The notes under the pieces are model-generated. The model was not told the DNA's origin. It did not search any database and was given only the letters and a program-made list of their open reading frames with translations. Positions 38,654 through 50,925 of a DNA stretch of 64,000 nt are shown piece after piece; position 1 is the stretch's first letter, and the number at the start of each line of letters is the position of its first letter. A program made the position numbers and the translations under genes. The stretch comes from Octopus sinensis (lineage: Eukaryota). The stretch lies in NCBI RefSeq assembly GCF_006345805.1, contig NC_042998.1, forward strand, positions 7,688,001 to 7,752,000, read 5' to 3'.

Positions 38654-40117
38654 TATTAGCATTTTCGAGAAAAACTTATATTTACGAAGTTATTTCACGT
38701 TAAAATCGTCCTATTTCGGTAATTTCAACCAATCAATGACGTGTATTCAGCTGAATAAAATTACTGCTGTTGCACAGAATCTTAATCCATCGCTTTCTTG
38801 ACCACGGGTTGAATATGAAACAACCACGCGTGCAACAATTGATGAAATTTGCAAACGACACATTGAAATGACAGACGGCGTGTTTGTAAGCTATTGTTTC
38901 GTTGTCAACGACTTTCATTGAATCTAAGAGAGAATGTGACTCGTATAATGAACTGTGTGCGACCAGCATTGATACTGGTTAGAAAGAGGGGAAAAAAGAG
39001 GAAAGAAAAGTATACTGTCATATTTTTCCTGTATTTAATAGACAGATAACAAAACAACAGAAAGGATTAATTAAATTTTAGATTTTGGAGCAACCTTCAT
39101 GAAAAGGGATTCGACCCGTAGCCCTTTGCTTTAACTTCCACGCCTTTTTCTACTTTTGAGAATACATCTTTATTAAAAAGCATTAATAGAGTGAGTCTGA
39201 GAATGAATAGAATGTTTGTACGTCTGTAACAGATGTTACTAACGAGCAAGCGTGGTTTGTTTCATCGTTTCGTTGTTTGTTGCTTGCAAATAACTGTCTT
39301 TATTTATTTATTTATTCATTGCAAATCAACAAAAACGTGTACCATTTTATTTTGTGGTTTGGTGTAGTGAAGGGGGCTAACTTCTCGAAATGTGACTACT
39401 GGTGCTGCTACAACAACAACAACAACAAGTACAACTATTACTACTACTACTACTACTACTAGCAGCAGCTTTTCTCTTCCCTTCTGCTACCATTGTTTTT
39501 ATTAGCTGGTTTCCTCATTCTGCTATTTTCGCTGTTGTTACTATTCCAGACTCATGTCAATCATTATACACACACACATACACACTATTACTTACATGAG
39601 TACATGCATATATATATACATATATATATGAAATAATTTGTACATAGATTTAGGGAGCCACGTGTTTCTCAAAATAATCCCAGCTGATAAAAATAAAGAA
39701 TTTAAAACACGTTTTTTTGCTTGTTTTAGGGTCATCAGAGATAATAAAGCTAGCAGTGAACTTGAAAATATTTGTTGGCGTGGGAGTCAGTTGAGGTTTA
39801 ATAATTCTTTATGAGTGTTTCTTATCTACTCGTCATCAAAGGCCAAAAAGGTAAATTAATTCTAATTTATGGCACCAGCAGTTAATCTTATAAATTAAGA
39901 GATATTCAAGCCGGAAGGAGAATGGAGAGAAAAAATGAACGGCAAAAGCCTTCTCGTTTTTTCCTTCATTACTTGGCATAAAGACGAGGCGTTGAGAGGG
40001 TTTCTTTTATCTGACACATTCAATGCAAATTCTAACTCGCATAATATACTCTCATAATTATGGTAGTGATGGAAATGCTGCTGGCACAATGGTAATTGTA
40101 TGACAAATATTAACATT

Positions 40118-40866
40118 CTTTTCTACTCTAGGCACACGGGCCGAAAGTTTTGGAGAGGGAGCTAGTCGATCAGATCGACCCCAGTACGCAACTGGTACTT
40201 AATTTATCGACCCTCGAAAGAATGAAAGGCAAAGTCGACTTCGGCGGAATTTGAGCTCAGAACATAAAGACAGACAAATCATAATATGTTGTCGGTTAAG
40301 GCGGCGAGCTGGCAGAATCGTTAGCACGCAAGGCAAAATGCTTAGTTGTATTCCGTCTGCCGCTACGTTCTGAGTTCAAATTCCGCCGAGGTCGACTTTG
40401 CCTTTCATCCTTTCGGAGTCGATTAAATAAGTACCAGTTAAGCACTGGGGTCAATATAATCGACTTAATCCGTTTGTCTGTCCTTGTTTGTCCTCTCTGT
40501 GTTTAGCCCCTTGTGGGTAGTAAAGAAATAGGTATTTCTTCCGTCGCTACGTTCTGAGTTGAAATCCCGCCGAAGTCGACTTTACCTTTATACTTTCGGA
40601 TGAGTACTGGGGTCGATGAAATCGAATATTTCCCTCCCCTAAATTTCAGGCCTCGTGACTATAATAGAAAAGAATTTATTAGCACGTCGGGCAAAATGCT
40701 TCGCGGCATTTCGTCTGTCTTTACGTTTTGAGTTCAAATTCCGCCGCCGACGTCACTTTACATTTCATCCTTTCGGGGTTGAGAAAGTATCAGTTGAGCA
40801 CTGAGGTTGATATAATCGACTTAACCCTACCCTTAACTTCCTGGCCTTGTGTCAAAATTTGAAACT
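40118..40866. mobile_element. SINE-B cluster (one minus copy head-to-head with three plus copies)
   Basis: 40118-40275 (-); 40299-40530, 40530-40672 and 40678-40866 (+). Confidence 0.85.
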
Positions 40867-41488
40867 AATGTTATGTTGTTGGTTTAAAAAGAGGGTGATA
40901 AGTGCTTATACAGTCGCACAATATGATAGTAAGAAATAGCAGCCAAATTTTACCCAAATATAAGGCATTCTTTTATGATAGAGTCTGGAGGTAAAGTGTA
41001 AAAAAGTGTAAAAAGTGTAAAAAAAACAAAAAAAAACAAGGCATATGATCATAGGAACTAAATAACATTGACAATGATCACAATAATAATTCTTTCTATC
41101 ATAAGCACAAGGCCGGAACACTTGTGAGAGGGTGGAGGATAATCGGTTCCATTGAAACCGATACTGAACTGGCATTTATATTATCGACCCCGAAAGAATG
41201 AAAGCAAAGTCACAGTCAGCGGAAATTGAACGTAAATCTAGAAGAGATCGTCCTAAGTTTTTGTCTGGTGTACTTAAGATTCTGCCAGCTTGCAGCCATA
41301 AATGGCTTAAGAGAAAAATTAAATGGCAAGGGCACAAAGCACATACATATGCACGATATATATATAAATATATGCGTGTCCATTGCATTGATTCCTTTGA
41401 TAAGTATCTCCTACAACAATCACTCACTGATTAAAGCTTCGTTAGTGGATTTCGTAGACAAAACTAAAAGAAACCCGTCATATATATA

Positions 41489-41521
<33 letters not shown>

Positions 41522-41688
41522 ATTTAAAAATAGGATAAAATCTTCATAAGAAATTATCAAGTAGTTAGCGTGAAAAACCTCATAAGAGAAAAAAATTTGT
41601 AAATTTTTTCCACTTGAGTATATTTATTTATATATTTATCTATATAATATATTTATCTATATAATATATTTATCTATATAATATAAAT

Positions 41689-41726
<38 letters not shown>

Positions 41727-41779
41727 GTATATATATATTTATATAAATATGAAATGATATCTATATTTTTTATCCCTAT

Positions 41780-42361
41780 ATTAGATTCCCTATATAAGAT
41801 GATAATGTTTACTGAAATCATTTTGAAAATTGTCTAAAGTATATTTACTTAAATCTCTTAATAAAGAATCTGGATGTCAAATGGTAGTTAGACATTGAAA
41901 CCTCTAGTGCATTAATAGTCTATCTTCTCCTACCCCTCTAACTTCAACATACTAGCTTTTTGTTTAGTGCATTCAAATGTACCTGGACTGGGTTCCTCTG
42001 AATAGGAACAGATTTATTGGATTTGACATTTGTTCTACCCCTTCCTATATCTATAAATAGAAAAATTCTTTGTCTCCATCCAACCAAAAATCCCCCTCCC
42101 TACTGATAGATCTAAGTAATAAAGTTAAAACCTACAGTCAGAGAGTAGATTTAATACTATCATGTTCTTAAGAATGAAATCAACCTCTCTGTCTGTATAT
42201 CTACCCTCTTTATAATGTTGGCAAATGAAATATGGATAAGAATGTGCATTGTCCGTTTGATTGGAAAATGTCTAACGGTGGCTGAAGATTGCTCGACATT
42301 TTAAAATTGATGTAATGCTTAGTGTTTAATAAAATGAAGTAGCATGAAACGATCGTAACAC
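41780..42361 (+). mobile_element. Decayed Penelope-like (Naiad-like) element ending in a hammerhead motif
   Basis: Broken peptides IIFEN..KESG, KFFVSI..NKVKTYS and *NMDKNVHCPFD/GKCLT (CxCx5C-PL-GKCL linker). These are followed by GTGG-CTGAAGA-TTGCT..AGCAT-GAAAC-GATC-GTA-ACAC. Confidence 0.6.
42278..42361 (+). ncRNA. Type I minimal hammerhead motif (one stem I mismatch)
   Basis: Core CTGAAGA/GAAA/GTA is intact, stem II TGCT/AGCA, stem III palindromic ACGATCGT. Confidence 0.6.
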
Positions 42362-42400
42362 ATTATCTTTGATTATATATATATATGTGTGTGTGTGTAT

Positions 42401-42725
42401 AAAGTTCATAATTGTTTCTTACTAGTCTCAACAGAGTCCACGTAGTGGTGTTTTGTGGGGGTTGGGGTGGATCATAATGGCTGTCTTGTGCATTGACTAG
42501 AATCGTTGGCTGTAATAGTGACCTCTGCTACTACTGCTATTACGGCCAACGTTCACTATTACAGCCAACGCACAAGACAGCCATTATGCTCCCTCCCACA
42601 AAACACCACTACGTGGACTCTGTCGAGACTAGTAAGAAACAATTATGAACTTTTTTATTACACTTAACTTTTGCAAATATTTTTGATAAGGTTCGTTTTT
42701 CAAGAAGAACCGAAACATGTAAAAT
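42401..42725 (+). repeat. ~250-bp foldback followed by a degenerate hammerhead
   Basis: 42401-42521 pairs with 42553-42653. ATTT-TTGATAA-GGTTC..GAACC-GAAAC-AT-GTA-AAAT lies at 42679-42725. Confidence 0.75.
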
Positions 42726-42753
42726 CTCTCAGAAAATTAAAATGTATCTTATA

Positions 42754-42964
42754 TAGTGGCGTTTTCAAACTTTTTTTATAAATATATACCCACTCGTATG
42801 CCACCTACACTTTCTATAAATATATATATATATACATATATATATTGATTAAATTATACATTATGCAGTTTATTGTAGTTTGCTTATACGCATGATTATC
42901 CGGTGCAGGGAAAAAATGTGTTGTAGAAAACCGGTCCATGAAGCAAAAGGGTTGGCAACCGCTG
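42754..42964. mobile_element. Possible decayed hAT/Charlie-type MITE
   Basis: The right end AAACCGGTCCATGAAGCAAAAGGGTTGGCAACCGCTG resembles MER1-type termini. No TSD is visible. Confidence 0.35.
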
Positions 42965-43439
42965 TTATAGGACTAACAAGCCCTTTGGTTTAATACCGTG
43001 GCAACAAGAATGCTTCTATGTGGTTGCTCAAGACTGCTAGAAACAGAAACTAAATCTTAAATCATTGTACAATATAGCTTGAAACATTTGAAAATAATCT
43101 GGTTTATCCATAGCAAGAAAAGGGTTCATAATTAGTCTGCTGCTTAAAGAGGACCATCTTAAGAAATAGACAGCAGCAACATCATTACCATTTCCTTGAC
43201 GTTGAGAGTCTTTTGTAAAGTTAAATCTACTGCAAGCAGTTGGAACTGAATACCTTCATTTTCTAAACTTTACTAGTAAATATCAGTGTTAAGATATTGA
43301 AGCCGGACATTAACTTCGTTAATCCAACCTGTCTGGAAAGGTCTGTAAACGTCCATCTTCTTCCTCCTCCTCCCATCTTCCTCTTGTTTTTTAGAATCTC
43401 TTCTGCTTTTCTTCTCCTTCCTCCTCCCAATATATATTG

Positions 43440-43880
43440 GCCTCAAATTTAGGCACAAGGACAAAAATTTCGGCGGGATGGCGCAGGTCGATTATATCGA
43501 ACCCACTGATCAACTGGTACTTATTTTATCGACTCCGAAATGATGAAACGCAGAAATCGACCTCGGCGGAATTCGAACTCGGAACATAAAGACGGATGAA
43601 ATACTGCTAAGTATTTTGCCTGAAGTGGCAACAATTCTACCAGCTCGCCGTCTTAACTTATTCTGGCGAGCTGGCAGAAACGTTAGCAGGCCGGGCGAAA
43701 TGCGTAGCCATATTTCGTCTGTCGTTACGTTCCGAGTTCAAATTCCGCCGAGGTCGACTTTGCCTTTCATCCTTTCGGGGTCGATAAATAAAGTACCAGT
43801 TACGTACTGGAGTTAATATAATCGACTTAATCCCTTTGTCTGTCCTTGTTTGTCCCCTCTATGTTTAGCCCCTTGTATAT
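43440..43880. mobile_element. Head-to-head SINE-B pair
   Basis: 43440-43650 (-) and 43663-43880 (+). CCAGCTCGCC and GGCGAGCTGG lie about 15 bp apart. Confidence 0.88.
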
Positions 43881-43907
43881 TAAGCAAAATAATAAATTGA
43901 TAGATAG

Positions 43908-43938
<31 letters not shown>

Positions 43939-43975
43939 CACATATATGTAGGAAAAATAAAAGTTGAAAATAATA

Positions 43976-44849
43976 CACTGAGAATAGTTAAAATATTTTT
44001 TATTATTATATTTGAAGATATAACCTGTTTCACAGTTTACACTGATTTTCAAAAATCTGAAATAAAAAGACGTGGCTTATGTCGCAGCTGTTTTGCTTGT
44101 GACCAGCGTTTGAAGCTTGTCCTATTATTATAAGGAGTTCATGGCTCAAATTCGTAGGTTTTGAATCGGGTTTAATTCGTAGAGGATAGTCACATGGCTG
44201 GTTTTACAAACTTTTGTAAGTTTACCGCTACGTCTCTGTGTTAATATCAAGTAACAATACTCTTACTCTTTTACTTGTTTCAGTCATCTGACTGTGGCCA
44301 TGCTAGAGCACCGCCTTTAGTCGAGCAAATCGACCCCAGGACTTATTCTTTGTAAACCTAGTACTTATTCTATCGGTCACTTTTGCCGAACCAGCATCGG
44401 TTGTCAAGCGATGTTGGTAGGACAAACACAGACACACAAACATATACACACACATACATATATATATATACATACATACGACGGGCTTCTTTCAGTTTCG
44501 ATCTACCAAATCCACTCACAAGGCTTTGGTCAGCCCGAGGCTGTAGTAGAAGACACTTGCCCAATGTGCCACGCAGTGGGACTGAACCCGGAGCCATGTG
44601 GTTCGTAAGCAAGCTACTTACCACACAGCCACTCCTGCGCCTATGTTTAGCATTCTAAGTTAAGGCTGATACGGTTGGCTGAACACGGTTGACTGAACAA
44701 GGGCAAGCCTCAAACACTAGTCAGAAGCAAAGCAGCTGCGACATAAGCCACGACTTTCTATTTCAGATTTCTGAAAAATCAACGTAAACTGTGAAACCGG
44801 TGAAATCTTTAAATAGAATAATAAAAAAATATTTTAACTATTTTCAGTG
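43976..44849. mobile_element. MITE with ~147-bp TIRs (Tc1/mariner-like TA|CACTG..CAGTG), containing a SINE-A
   Basis: 43976-44122 pairs with 44701-44849. A further copy of the TIR start begins at 44850. Confidence 0.8.
44258..44641 (-). mobile_element. SINE family A nested in the MITE
   Basis: Colinear A copy with a small internal deletion. Confidence 0.9.
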
Positions 44850-46630
44850 CACTGAGAATAGTTAAAATATTTTCCTCTATATTTCTACCCGTGTGGAATA
44901 AAATAACTTTGTTTTCTGTGTGTGAGTGTGTGTGTATGAGAGAGAGAGAGAGTATGTGCGTGAGTGTGTATGTGGGTGTGTTCTTGGAGTCCTGGTGCAC
45001 ATAAGGCCGTTTATCCGGATTATGAATAAAAGTAAAGTCGAATTCGCGAGTTTTGAGCCTATGGCGGGTCAAATGAAACGAATTCTTCATCCAGCAACCA
45101 TCTGTTTTATTAATAATTCATAATGCACAATTTATTCCTGGCATATAATTTAATAAGTATAATTTCAGACAAATTATTAATTACTTTAATTTCACGTAAG
45201 TGTATTAATTAATATACGGTGTAATACCGAAAGCAACACATTCAATGGTTTCTCCTTACACAAAATATTTCTTAAAGAAAGGAGCAACCTGTTGCATGTT
45301 AATGGAACATAACATGCAACAGGTCTCTGTGATTTCTGTACACACGAAATTAATTCGTGTGCGTGTGTGTGTATGTGTCCGTGTGTGTGTATGTGTCCGT
45401 GTGTGTGTGTGTCTGTGTGTGTGTTGCATTAGAATGTTGAAGTGACTGATATAATCAATTTTGTAAAAAAAAAAAAAAAATTGGTATTTTGTTACATCGG
45501 AAATATTACGTTTATTCTTAGTGGAATTATAATGCTGTTCAACTGGAAAAAAATAGTTAAGTTAACGATAACTGAAGTTATGGGAAGCTTTAAAGTTTAT
45601 ACGATAAAAGCATCATGATATCAGGTTTAGAAACGCAATTAAAGAATAAAAATTTTGCCAGAAAATACTGCATATATTTTAATATTTTGCTATCATCATC
45701 TACCTCGTGCGTGTGTATGTACGTAAGTATGTGGATATATGGCTAATCATATTTCACTCAGTTTGCTTACAATATATTCACATATTTATTTATGAAACTA
45801 TTTCTATAGAACTACCTTTCTCGCATCTCCACTATAATTTTTTTTTAATACCTCTCTATTTTCGGATTTTTAATGTACATCAATTTTACAAGACAAATTG
45901 ATATGCGCATTCGTAGAAAATTCAGTATGACTTACCAAAAATATTAAAAGTTATGCACATAATACGGTTAATCTTAATAAAGTATGTAGGCACTATTACT
46001 TGACATAAACATAAATATGTTTTTTCTACACTACCTTGATATATTTCTGCGTGCTTAATAACATATTACATTGAAACATTCCTGTAGACAGGTATTTTTG
46101 TTATCTTTTACCTGGAGGAAAGGTAGTTCCCATGGTCCTTTACAAGATTTCCAAGTATGAGTAAGTTAAGGAAGAAGGTATCTCCAAAATAATAATCAGG
46201 CCTGAATGCTTGTAACAGCGTAGACTTCGCGAGAGGTATTCGATGTGGTAGTGTTGGACTGGGAGACAAATTAAGTTTACCACCCAAGTTGGCCAAAGCG
46301 GGATTTGAACTTAGAATACAAAATGCTGGAGCAAAACCCAGAAGGTACCTCCGTGACGTTCTTATTTCCGCCAATTCACAATCCTAGATTAGTACTGTTT
46401 TATGTGGAGCCCGAAAGAAGAATAGCCAAAGTTGAACTCAGCGGGATTTGAACTCAGTGTGAAAAAATAAATCTAGACAAACAGTCAGTTTACTTCCCAA
46501 GCACATGGTTCCAAATTCAGTCCCACTATATGGCAACTTGCATAAGTGTATTCTGCTATAACAACGGGCTGACCAAAGCCTTGTGGGTGGATTTGGTCTG
46601 AAAGAAGTCTGTCGTGTGTGTGTGTGTCTG

Positions 46631-46840
46631 TAGTTAATCCAAACATGAACAAGCAAGAAAAAACAACAACGCGAGGACGGGGAATAAGTACAGTGTTATT
46701 GGACGCTCAGGAAAGGAAAGAAAAGAAAGAGCATTTCACGTTTCGAGCGGAGTTCTTCGTCAGAAATATAGAAAAACTCCAAAGAAGGGAAGACGGAGAA
46801 AGAAAATAAGATCGCCAACGATACATACGCTGTCACATAC
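46631..46840 (-). mobile_element. Short PLE-derived element with minimal hammerhead motif
   Basis: Minus strand ATTT-CTGACGA-A-GAAC tcc GCTC-GAAAC-GTG-AAAT at 46733-46767. Homolog of 13100-13315. Confidence 0.6.
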
Positions 46841-47254
46841 ATACATACATACATGCATACATATATATATGAAACTTAGAAGCCTACAGTTAGTTAACCT
46901 TTACCATAATAACATAACTCAACCGAACCCCCAGCCCCATACCCATAAACCTAGAACACCTCTAAGCCTCCTTGCGAACACTAACCCTCATGCTTCCTAT
47001 TCTAATTATATTACTAACACCCGCACCACAAACCTACCTCACGACCAAACTACACCTAATTCAGAAATAAAGAAAGTCAGTGATAATATCCTTAGACATG
47101 AAAGCTACCATGAAATATACCCCCCACTGACGCCTTCCTCAACCCCCTGAGACATACTAATTCCAACGCCGCCACAGAGAATGAACATAACACCGGACCT
47201 TCACTAAATAACAATCACACTGCGAATTCATCTTCAGCATCCGCTACGACTCTG

Positions 47255-47603
47255 TGCAACTTCAGACGCCCCACCCCGTGTCCCCTAGGTAATCGCTGTC
47301 TTACTAAAAACATTGTCTACAAATGTACAGTATCAGCTGCTAATTCTACCGCTCATGCAGCATCACGCCAGAGTGGCGTAATCACTACTCTAGTAGTGAT
47401 CCCCAAGATCTAAGAGCATCTCTTTATCTCGACTAAGCCACAAACTTCAGCATGAATCAATTCCTTATAATTTGAAATGGAGCAAGTGTGATCTCTGCAT
47501 CGCCGAGGTCTCCTCCATTATATAATCCACTGATTACGAACGGGATGGCATAATTTTTACTTGTCAACACAAATTATACAATTTATTCTCTAAGTACAAA
47601 TAA
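47255..47603 (+). pseudogene. Penelope-like (Naiad-type) GIY-YIG endonuclease remnant
   Basis: CNFRRPTPCPLGNRCLTKNIVYKCTV..WRNHYSS..SISLSRLSHKL..IPYNLKWS KCDLCIAE..IIFTCQHKLYNLFSKYK*. This matches PLE endonuclease C-terminal motifs, with internal deletions. Confidence 0.75.
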
Positions 47604-48084
47604 CACCAGTCCCCCCATTCCAACCTCGCATCATCCCCTAACTATCTCCCATGTCCCCAACAGATATCCCCCTACATATATCTTTACAGCAAACTACTTT
47701 TTAACTACCGGTATATTTTCTAAAATTTTTTTAATTATTTTTCAGTTCTTTTTTTATATTCCCCTATCCTTTACGCTTTAAGTTTTCATAACTGTTCTAT
47801 CTCAACACGCATCTCATCCGCACATGATAATATACAAATACCCAAGCAGGCGTACTCATCTATTAGATTCTATAGACGCACAGCATATGCGCGCCTGTGC
47901 GCTAATACGCACTCACGTAATTTCAGACTGAAGCTACAACTCTCACTTCACTCGCCGTCTCTAGATTATTAAATTGAATTACTACTACCAACACAACGAG
48001 CAAAAGTATGTCCCCTATTTTTGACCAAAATACATTATCTTCCACCTCCCTCTCTTTCATTTCTCCCCACCTTATCCATTTCAA

Positions 48085-48516
48085 ATACCTATTTCTTTAC
48101 TACCCACAAGGAGCTAAACACAGAGGGGACAAACAAGGACAGACAAACGGATTAAGTCGATTAATTCGACCCCAGTGCGTAACTGGTACTTAATTTATCG
48201 ACCCCGAAAGGATGAAAGGCAAAGTCGACCTCGGCGGAATTTGAACTCAGAACGTAAAGACAGGCGAAATAAAGCTAAGCATTTCGCCCGACGTGCTAAC
48301 GTTTCTTATTTCTTTATTGCTCACAAGGGGATAAACACAGAGGGGACAAACAAGGACAGACAAACGGATTAAGTCGATTATATCGACCCCAGTGAGTAAC
48401 TGGTACTTATTTAATCGAACCCGAAAGGATGAAAGGCAAAGTCGACCTCGGCGGAATTTGAACTCAGAACGTAAAGACAGACGAAATACTGCTACGCATT
48501 TCGCCCGGCGTGCTAA
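48085..48516 (-). mobile_element. Two tandem SINE-B copies (tail type 2)
   Basis: Repeated TATTTCTTTA..CACAAGG..GAACTCAGAACG units. Confidence 0.9.
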
Positions 48517-48800
48517 ATGTCAAGTATTGATGCACTCAATGATCCAAACATACAATTTAACTGAATTTTTTTTTTTTTTTTTAATAAATCTCGAAGATAA
48601 ACTACAAATATCTATGAAAGTGCCAACATACTGCTTTTCATTCGATAATGGTGACTTGCTCAGTCTTGCATTAGTCAGACCTGTTTACTCGTCTTATCGC
48701 CGGAACTATTCTTATCTTACATTTTATGACATAATCTCATATCTTTGTATGAATTAGGGACATCTTAAAGGATTTATTGGATCAACGATATTTAATACCC

Positions 48801-49027
48801 GCGAGTTGGCAGAAACGTTAGCACGCCGGGCGAAATGCTCAGCAGTATTTCGTCTGCGTTACGTTGTGAGTTCAAATTCCGCCGAGGTCGACTTTGCCTT
48901 TCATCCTTTCGGGGTCGATAAATTAAGTACCAGTTACGCACTGGGGTCGATGTAATCGACTTAATACCTATGTCTGTCCTTGTTTGTCCCCTCTGTGTTT
49001 AGCCCCTTGTGGGTAATAAAGAAATAT
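48801..49027 (+). mobile_element. SINE family B, full length, with TSD
   Basis: ATATTTAATACCCGC at 48788-48802 and 49028-49042. Confidence 0.9.
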
Positions 49028-49479
49028 ATATTTAATACCCGCATACGTGGGTATGCGATATTTTGAAAATACCTCACGGAGTATCAAAAATCTTAAGGAA
49101 TTTATTCGTGATGTACCCGCATACTCGAGTATGCGAGTATTATGAAAATAGCCCACAGAGTGACGACCGTAACCTGCATAGCTGCAGGTTGCCCTTTAGC
49201 AAGGTATACCACCCGTTCAGCCACCCTACCAAGAATACAGCGAAGTCATGGGACTGCAGCATGGCGGATTGTGAACAGGTAAGGGGAGAGCTCAACTGAG
49301 CCACTGGTGCTTCATGCATTGATGGTGACTGGAGGAATCATAGACGATCAACGGTCAAAATCACCAATCTCTATCATGATAGTAACTGCAAAGCATTCAT
49401 AGGGGTGACATCCATGGTTGTGTAATCAGCTAATGAAGGAGTCACTAAGACTCGCGCTCCTAATTCAAATTCATAATAA

Positions 49480-50678
49480 TCTTTTCTACTAAAGACACAA
49501 TGCCTGAAATTTTGTGGGAGGGGACTAGTTAATTACATCGACCCCAATGTTTCACTCGTGCTTAATTTATCAACCCCAAAAGGATGAAAGGTAAAGTCGA
49601 CTCCGGCGGAATTTGGACTCAGAACGTTACAACGAGCAAAATACTTATTTCTTTACTACCCACAAGGGGCTAAACACAGAGAGGACAAACAAGGACAGAC
49701 AAACGGATTAAGTCGATTATATCGACCCAAGCGCGTAAATGGTATTTATTTAATCGACCCCGAAAGGATGAAAGGCAAAGTCGACCACGGCGGAATTTGA
49801 ACCCAGAACGTAACGGCAGACGAAATACGGCTACGCATTTCGCACGGCGTGCTAACGTTTCTGCCAGCTCACCGCCTTAATCAGATGAAATACCTATTTC
49901 TTTACTACCCACAAGGGGCTAAACACAGAGAGGACAAACAGGGACAGACAAACGGATTAAGTGTATTATATCGACCCCAGTGCGTAACTGGTACTTATTT
50001 AATCGACCCCAAAAGGATCAAAGGCAAAGTCGACTTCGGCGGAATTTGAACTCAGAACGTAACAGCAGACGAAATACCTATTTCTTTACTACTCACAAGG
50101 AGCTAAATACAGAAGGGACAAAAAGGGACAGACAAACGGATTAAGTGTATTATATCGACCCCAGTGAATAACTGGTACTTATTTAATCTACCCCAAAAGG
50201 ATGAAAGGCAAAGTCGACCTCGGCGGAATTTGAACTCAGAACGTTACAACGAGCGAAATACTTATTTCTTTACTGCCCACAAGGGGCTAAACATAGAGGA
50301 GACAAACAAGGACAGACAAACGGATTAAGTCGATTATATCGACCCCAGTGAATAACTGGTACTTATTTAATCTACCCCAAAAGGATGAAAGGCAAAGTCG
50401 ACTCCGACGGAATTTGAACTCAGAACGTTACAACGAGCGAAATACTTATTTCTTTACTGCCCACAAGGGGCTAAACACAGAGGAGACAAACAAGGACAGA
50501 CAAACGGATTAAGTCGATTATATCGACCCCAGTGAATATCTGGTACTTATTTAATCTACCCCAAAAGGATGAAAGGCAAAGTCGACCTCGGCGGAATTTG
50601 AACTCAGAACGTAGTGGCAGACGAAATACTGCTAAGACATTTCGTCCAGCGTGAGAACGATTCTGCCAATTCACCGCT
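49480..50678 (-). repeat. Array of six SINE-B units, 184-bp period
   Basis: Junctions (G)AAATAC|(C/T)TATTTC end at 49644, 49893, 50077, 50261 and 50445. Confidence 0.92.
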
Positions 50679-50925
50679 TTATTCAAATTTATGATAATGA
50701 AATTGAATGGCGACAGAGAGTCATGAGAATCCACGAAAGGAGAGCGACCGAAGAATATTTAATACTGAACAAATTACTTAAAAATCTTTATAGATTAAAA
50801 TGACAAAATTAACTCCTCTCACATAATGTCAAATAACCCAATAATTAAGCATGGCCACAGCTCGAACCAGCAAAACAGTATAAATAAGTTGTAAAGAATC
50901 TTGCGGCTTTTATAATATTATATTA

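Noticed and set aside
46112-46258. Candidate minus-strand 147-nt exon
   Set aside because: Open frame with AG/GT ends, but no domain similarity. Such cases are expected by chance.
49480-50678. CRISPR-like regular array
   Set aside because: Whole units are homologous SINE sequence with no unique spacers, the context is eukaryotic, and there are no cas genes.
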